A stretch of DNA of 11,575 bases from Pseudobacteriovorax sp. GTDB taxonomy: Bacteria; Bdellovibrionota_B; Oligoflexia; Oligoflexales; Oligoflexaceae. The notes under the pieces are model-generated. The model was not told where the DNA came from. It saw nothing but the letters and a program-made list of their open reading frames with translations, and made no database searches. The position numbers were made by a program, and so were the translations under genes. The DNA is taken from positions 1-11,575 of the forward strand of contig JBNKNM010000183.1 of assembly GCA_050293845.1 (NCBI GenBank), given 5' to 3'. This document shows, piece by piece, positions 8,169 through 11,575 of the stretch; the stretch's first letter is position 1, and each line of letters starts with the position of its first letter.

Positions 8169-8948
8169 ATGAAACACATATCAAAGATAAAAAAACTACA
8201 GAAAAAACTTGATGCGAAAAGTCAGGTAAAAACCAAGAAATGGTTTGAGGAATATTTAAAGGGAGCCATCAAGTACAGGGGTGTGAAAACACCTCAGATT
8301 TTAGCTAGTGTAAAAAGCTGGCGCATATCTGAGCGGATTGATGCACTCTCGCCAAAGATACAACTTGAGATCGCGATCAATCTCATACGTCAAAATCATG
8401 CTGAAGATAAATTCTCTGGCATTCTGTACTTACAACACTTTCTATTGAATGATTTGGAATTTGAAATTCTCGCTACTGAGTTTGAGGAATTATTTCAGCA
8501 GTCGCATTTTTATGACTGGTCAACAACTGATTGGTTTAATGTTCGTGTTCTTTCTCCACTCATAAACATCCATGGTAGAAGAGCGATCAAACGGTTCATA
8601 TCATGGTATAACAGCAACAATCTATGGCAAAGACGATCATCGATAGTCAGTCTACGCCCCTGTGTACGGAAATCTGAATGTATTCCAATTATTGAAAAGC
8701 AAATCGCTAGGTTAGTCAGTAGCAATGAACGGTTTATCCAAACAGGTATTGGATGGCTCATTGCGGACCTTGTGAAACAGTCGCCGGAGTCCTCTCAAAT
8801 AATCGTCGAAAAACATCTGAACAAACTATCACTTGAGGTTATCAAGAGACATACAAAACACCTTCCTAAGCACCACTACTACCTCGAAAAGAAAAAGCAG
8901 ATGCTGAGCAGGGTCGATAGGGGGTCCGATGCCACGGCTAGTCTCTGA
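8169..8948 (+). CDS. DNA alkylation repair protein (AlkD-like HEAT-repeat family)
   Basis: YLKG..KYRGVKTP, EDKF.GIL.L, DWSTTDW, W..S.NLWQRRSSIV, ERFIQTGIGWLI. SD AGGA upstream. Confidence 0.85.
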   Translation: MKHISKIKKLQKKLDAKSQVKTKKWFEEYLKGAIKYRGVKTPQILASVKSWRISERIDALSPKIQLEIAINLIRQNHAEDKFSGILYLQHFLLNDLEFEILATEFEELFQQSHFYDWSTTDWFNVRVLSPLINIHGRRAIKRFISWYNSNNLWQRRSSIVSLRPCVRKSECIPIIEKQIARLVSSNERFIQTGIGWLIADLVKQSPESSQIIVEKHLNKLSLEVIKRHTKHLPKHHYYLEKKKQMLSRVDRGSDATASL

Positions 8949-9062
8949 CAATAAGGGACGATACTTCTAGCTAACCAATTTTCGTTCAGTTATGTCAAGT
9001 ATAACTATCATAGAATCCTGTGAAAGGAATTTATGGATTCGCTGCTTCGTAGATGATCACAC

Positions 9063-9500
9063 CTCTAACAACCCCATCAAAGATCCCTATTGTTCCTCTG
9101 CTTAGCGTAGCAATCCCCTAGTCACCGCAAACATTAACATTTCCGATGAGGAAAAGTTAACTCTAGCTAACCTTTTGGACTCTGATGATTATATTTATCC
9201 CGAAAAGATCATAAAATTCGTCAGGGATTTGATCAACTCTGCAATGGGAAGACTTATGGATCTAAATGATGCCTCTTTGATCCATGATCATACCATTAGT
9301 GATCGAGAAGCAGTTAAATTCAGGGCTGAGCTGCTAAACTGAGGTCTAGCTTTTATTTACGTTAGAAGCGTTGATTTTTAGATGCTTGTAAAGCTTCTAT
9401 AAAAAAAACTAACCTAAAATAAATTGTATTGGGAGTTTAAGTAATTTTTTGAGAACTTTTTTGCTTAATTTTATGGCTTTGACGCTCCGTCCTCCCTATT
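9063..9500 (+). mobile_element. Y1-transposase element copy C: 5'-truncated, decayed, right end retained
   Basis: About 93% identical to 61-339, with TGG>TAG at 9103-9105 and a 118-bp deletion near 9335-9341. It then matches 450-610 and ends TTTGACGCTCCGTCCTCCCTATT (9478-9500). Confidence 0.85.
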
Positions 9501-9587
9501 CTAAATGTTTTGGTAAGGATCGTAAGACTACTAGAAAAGGATTTCCAGTACGAATGGACCACGACTGACCCTGAAAAATTATTCTAA
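9501..9587 (+). pseudogene. Possible orphan 3' gene tail (28 codons)
   Basis: Open frame LNVLVRIVRLLEKDFQYEWTTTDPEKLF* starts at the element end, and its stop lies 4 nt before an intrinsic terminator. Confidence 0.4.
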
Positions 9588-9591
9588 AACT

Positions 9592-9616
9592 AGGCCCGAT
9601 GATTCGGGTCTTTTTT
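9592..9616 (+). terminator. Rho-independent terminator
   Basis: AGGCCCGA-tgat-TCGGGTCT stem (one G-U pair) followed by a T run. Confidence 0.7.
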
Positions 9617-9785
9617 ATCTGAAAAATATAAAACCATTGGTGGCGATGATCAATTTATGGGCATCGGTGTTATGATCAGATTCCCGCGGTTTCTAATTGT
9701 ATTCTACACTGATAGGTGGACATAAGAGATTGACACGAAATGTTAGTGATATGACCATAGGATTTGGCTGGTATTTAGGTTGATG

Positions 9786-9819
9786 GAAAAAGCTAAGAGA
9801 GCTGCGCTAAACAGCTCTC
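9786..9819 (-). terminator. Likely terminator hairpin downstream of the CBM lipoprotein gene
   Basis: Perfect 8-bp stem GAGAGCTG/CAGCTCTC (9797-9819), followed on the minus strand by TTAGCTTTTT. Confidence 0.5.
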
Positions 9820-9944
9820 AACAAAATCCTTCACCCAACTATATCTAGTATTTGCTCCTCACTGAGCCTGATCAAAAACCCCATCCAAGTAGCTAAACCT
9901 TTTAATGAAAAGTTCAGATTTCTACTGAGTAAGGGCACCGATAA

Positions 9945-10568
9945 CTATTCCGTTACGACACTAACAGTGGCTTCACCTTCGCCGCCGTTTGTCGCGTATT
10001 GCCAATCTTCCTCGCTAATGATCCCGCCGTTGGTGATAAGTTCTAAAGCGTTTTCCTGGGTTGACATTAAAGTGAGGTCATCAAACCATATTTGATAGGC
10101 TCCGTTAGCACCTAGATTGATTTGAAGTTGAATGGACTCGTCGGTTTCATCGGCGACGAATGTCTTAGTAAACACCTGCCATTCGGTGGTCACTGTCACT
10201 AGATTGTCGGAAGGATAACCCTTGTAGCCATTGTCCTCTCCGAGGTTGGCCTGAACTACCAGCATTTTTTCTTCAGAAGCTTTTGCTCTATAGCTAAGTG
10301 TGTACTCTTGTCCGGCCGTTAAGCCCTGGGGTAAATTCTGGAATACCTGAGGTTCGTAGTTGTTGACACCTGGCTTAGTGACATCAATTTCAAGAATCAA
10401 ATTCTTTTCCTCAGGGTCCGTTGGATCCATCGGTTTCTCGGTTTCTGTGGAAGCTTCCTCTTCAACTGGAGGAGTGCTGTCATCAGAATCTGAGTCTCTG
10501 CAACCGGAACCCATCAAAACAGCTAGGGTTAGTACTGCTAATGGTTTTAGGTTATTTTGTTTACGCAT
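9945..10568 (-). CDS. Lipoprotein with CBM4_9-like carbohydrate-binding domain
   Basis: Lipobox-like MGSG-C, acidic Pro-rich linker, GLTAGQEYTLSYRAKA, VTTEWQVFTKTF, LQINLG...IWFDDLTL. SD AGGAG. Confidence 0.78.
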   Translation of the reverse strand: MRKQNNLKPLAVLTLAVLMGSGCRDSDSDDSTPPVEEEASTETEKPMDPTDPEEKNLILEIDVTKPGVNNYEPQVFQNLPQGLTAGQEYTLSYRAKASEEKMLVVQANLGEDNGYKGYPSDNLVTVTTEWQVFTKTFVADETDESIQLQINLGANGAYQIWFDDLTLMSTQENALELITNGGIISEEDWQYATNGGEGEATVSVVTE

Positions 10569-11296
10569 AGCTACTCCTAATTCATAAATTTTCGTTGATA
10601 TGACCTATGATATATCGAATTAAGCTTATTCCCTCTACTAATTTGACTCTCAAATAATAAGGCTCTTAGCAAGGGAAAACTTCAATTGTTGATTCCATCC
10701 AGACTTGATTACGAAATTGAGATCTTTAAGCCACTGATAGGAAAATGTTTATTGAAGGGTCGCTGATTTTTGAGTTGAATTGACTTTTGTAAGATTTTCG
10801 CTTTATGTCGATTTGATCAAGTATTTTAATACTATGAGAATTTATATTTTAGGTTTGTTTCGCAACCCTCGCTGATTATATCTGTGATATCAACCTGTTA
10901 GTCATATTTTTGATTTTACCCTTAACATGCTATAATCATAGTATTAATCAAGATTTAAAAATAGAGAACAGTAATAAATTCACAGCGATTTTCAGTGATA
11001 TTTGGGAGAGATTTAAACTCTCAAAGTAATTTAACATTACCCGCCGGAATTCCCCCACTAAAGCTCACAGTCCAAAGAACGATTGAGTTAAATGGGGGAT
11101 GGATAGGCGGATTGTGATCCGAGCAATTGCGAGGTGAGTAATCATTTTGTAGTGTACTGCCAACCCGAGAATCCAACTTCCCGTCAATCTTTTGACATAG
11201 ATTAAGCCAGTTTTGCAAGTTCAATTTGAGAATTCATTTCTCTCCATGTCTGTTTTCTTCTCTCTCGGGCCTTTTCTAACTTCATTTCTCTGGATT

Positions 11297-11443
11297 TCTC
11301 TGAACGGAGCTGGATCTCTGAACGGAGCGATTCCAGATTTCTCAGATCTCTCTGAGATCTCTCTGAACGGAGCGATTCTGATTTCTCTTTTCTCTGAACG
11401 GAGCGATTCGATTCCTCTGGGATTTCTCTGAACGGAGCGATTC
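11297..11443 (+). repeat. Five direct copies of TCTCTGAACGGAGC(GATTC), the reiterated left end of the Y1 element
   Basis: Starts at 11297, 11315, 11360, 11391 and 11425 (periods 18, 45, 31, 34). A single variant copy occupies the equivalent position in copy B (6378-6396). Confidence 0.9.
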
Positions 11444-11528
11444 CACATACGAAGCTCAATCCATAAAGTCAGCAGTAACCACTCAATGTCACTGGAACCT
11501 AGTCCTAAAAACTGTCAATTTTACAATC

Positions 11529-11575
11529 ATGTATCCAAGAAAGCAGATATTGCCAGACAACTCATATTCCCATGT
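11529..11575 (+). CDS. 5' start of Y1/RAYT-like transposase (partial)
   Basis: ATG at 11529 reads MYPRKQILPDNSYSH..., homologous to 6479 onward. Intactness beyond the window is unknown. Confidence 0.65.
   Translation, partial: MYPRKQILPDNSYSH

Larger units (their letters stand above)
11297..11575 (+). mobile_element. Y1-transposase element copy D (left end plus gene start, runs off the window)
   Basis: 11423-11575 aligns with 6376-6525. Confidence 0.8.

Noticed and set aside
8992..9105. In-frame ATG fusion (MSSITIIESCERNLW...) to the copy C transposase remnant
   Set aside because: Ends at the TAG at 9103 after 37 codons, with no SD or homology evidence; probably chance.
5668..10587. ORFs 5668-5949, 7239-7433, 8510-8761 and 10360-10587
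   Set aside because: Antisense shadows of the GNAT, lipoprotein, AlkD-like and CBM genes.
11021..11224. 67-aa minus-strand ORF
   Set aside because: No recognisable motif or clear SD; it could be a gene scrap but I cannot support it.
636..11296. Integron cassette array
   Set aside because: No tyrosine-recombinase integrase and no recognisable attC sites, and the cargo genes lie in both orientations with their own upstream regions.
11297..11443. CRISPR array
   Set aside because: The repeat is only 14-19 nt, the spacers are 4-26 nt, irregular and composed of repeat fragments, and no cas genes are in the window.
11202..11459. ORFs 11202-11459(-), 11213-11431(+) and 11221-11448(-)
   Set aside because: Low-complexity translations of the end-repeat array.

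Overview
AT-rich bacterial accessory region built around four same-orientation copies of one element encoding a divergent Y1/HUH (RAYT / IS200 TnpA-like) tyrosine transposase. Copy A is a 3' half at the window start (<1-635). Copy B is internally deleted but keeps both ends (6376-6984). Copy C is 5'-truncated and decayed (9063-9500). Copy D is a 5' end at the window end (11297->11575). The element ends have no obvious local hairpins; they share an inverted 8-bp core (ACGGAGCG left, CGCTCCGT right) and are reiterated as stuttered partial copies. Unrelated cargo lies between the copies: a Tat-exported PhoX-type phosphatase, an amidase with an AraC/GyrI regulator, a GNAT acetyltransferase with an orphan NRPS carrier-domain tail, a lipoprotein, an AlkD-like DNA alkylation repair protein and a CBM4_9-like lipoprotein. 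Broken gene fragments abut two element ends. A second mobile family is also present: an ISAs1-like transposase remnant (5082-5350) and its 112-bp MITE (2277-2388), which bracket the amidase-AraC pair. All protein calls come from motif recognition by eye; no database searches were run.
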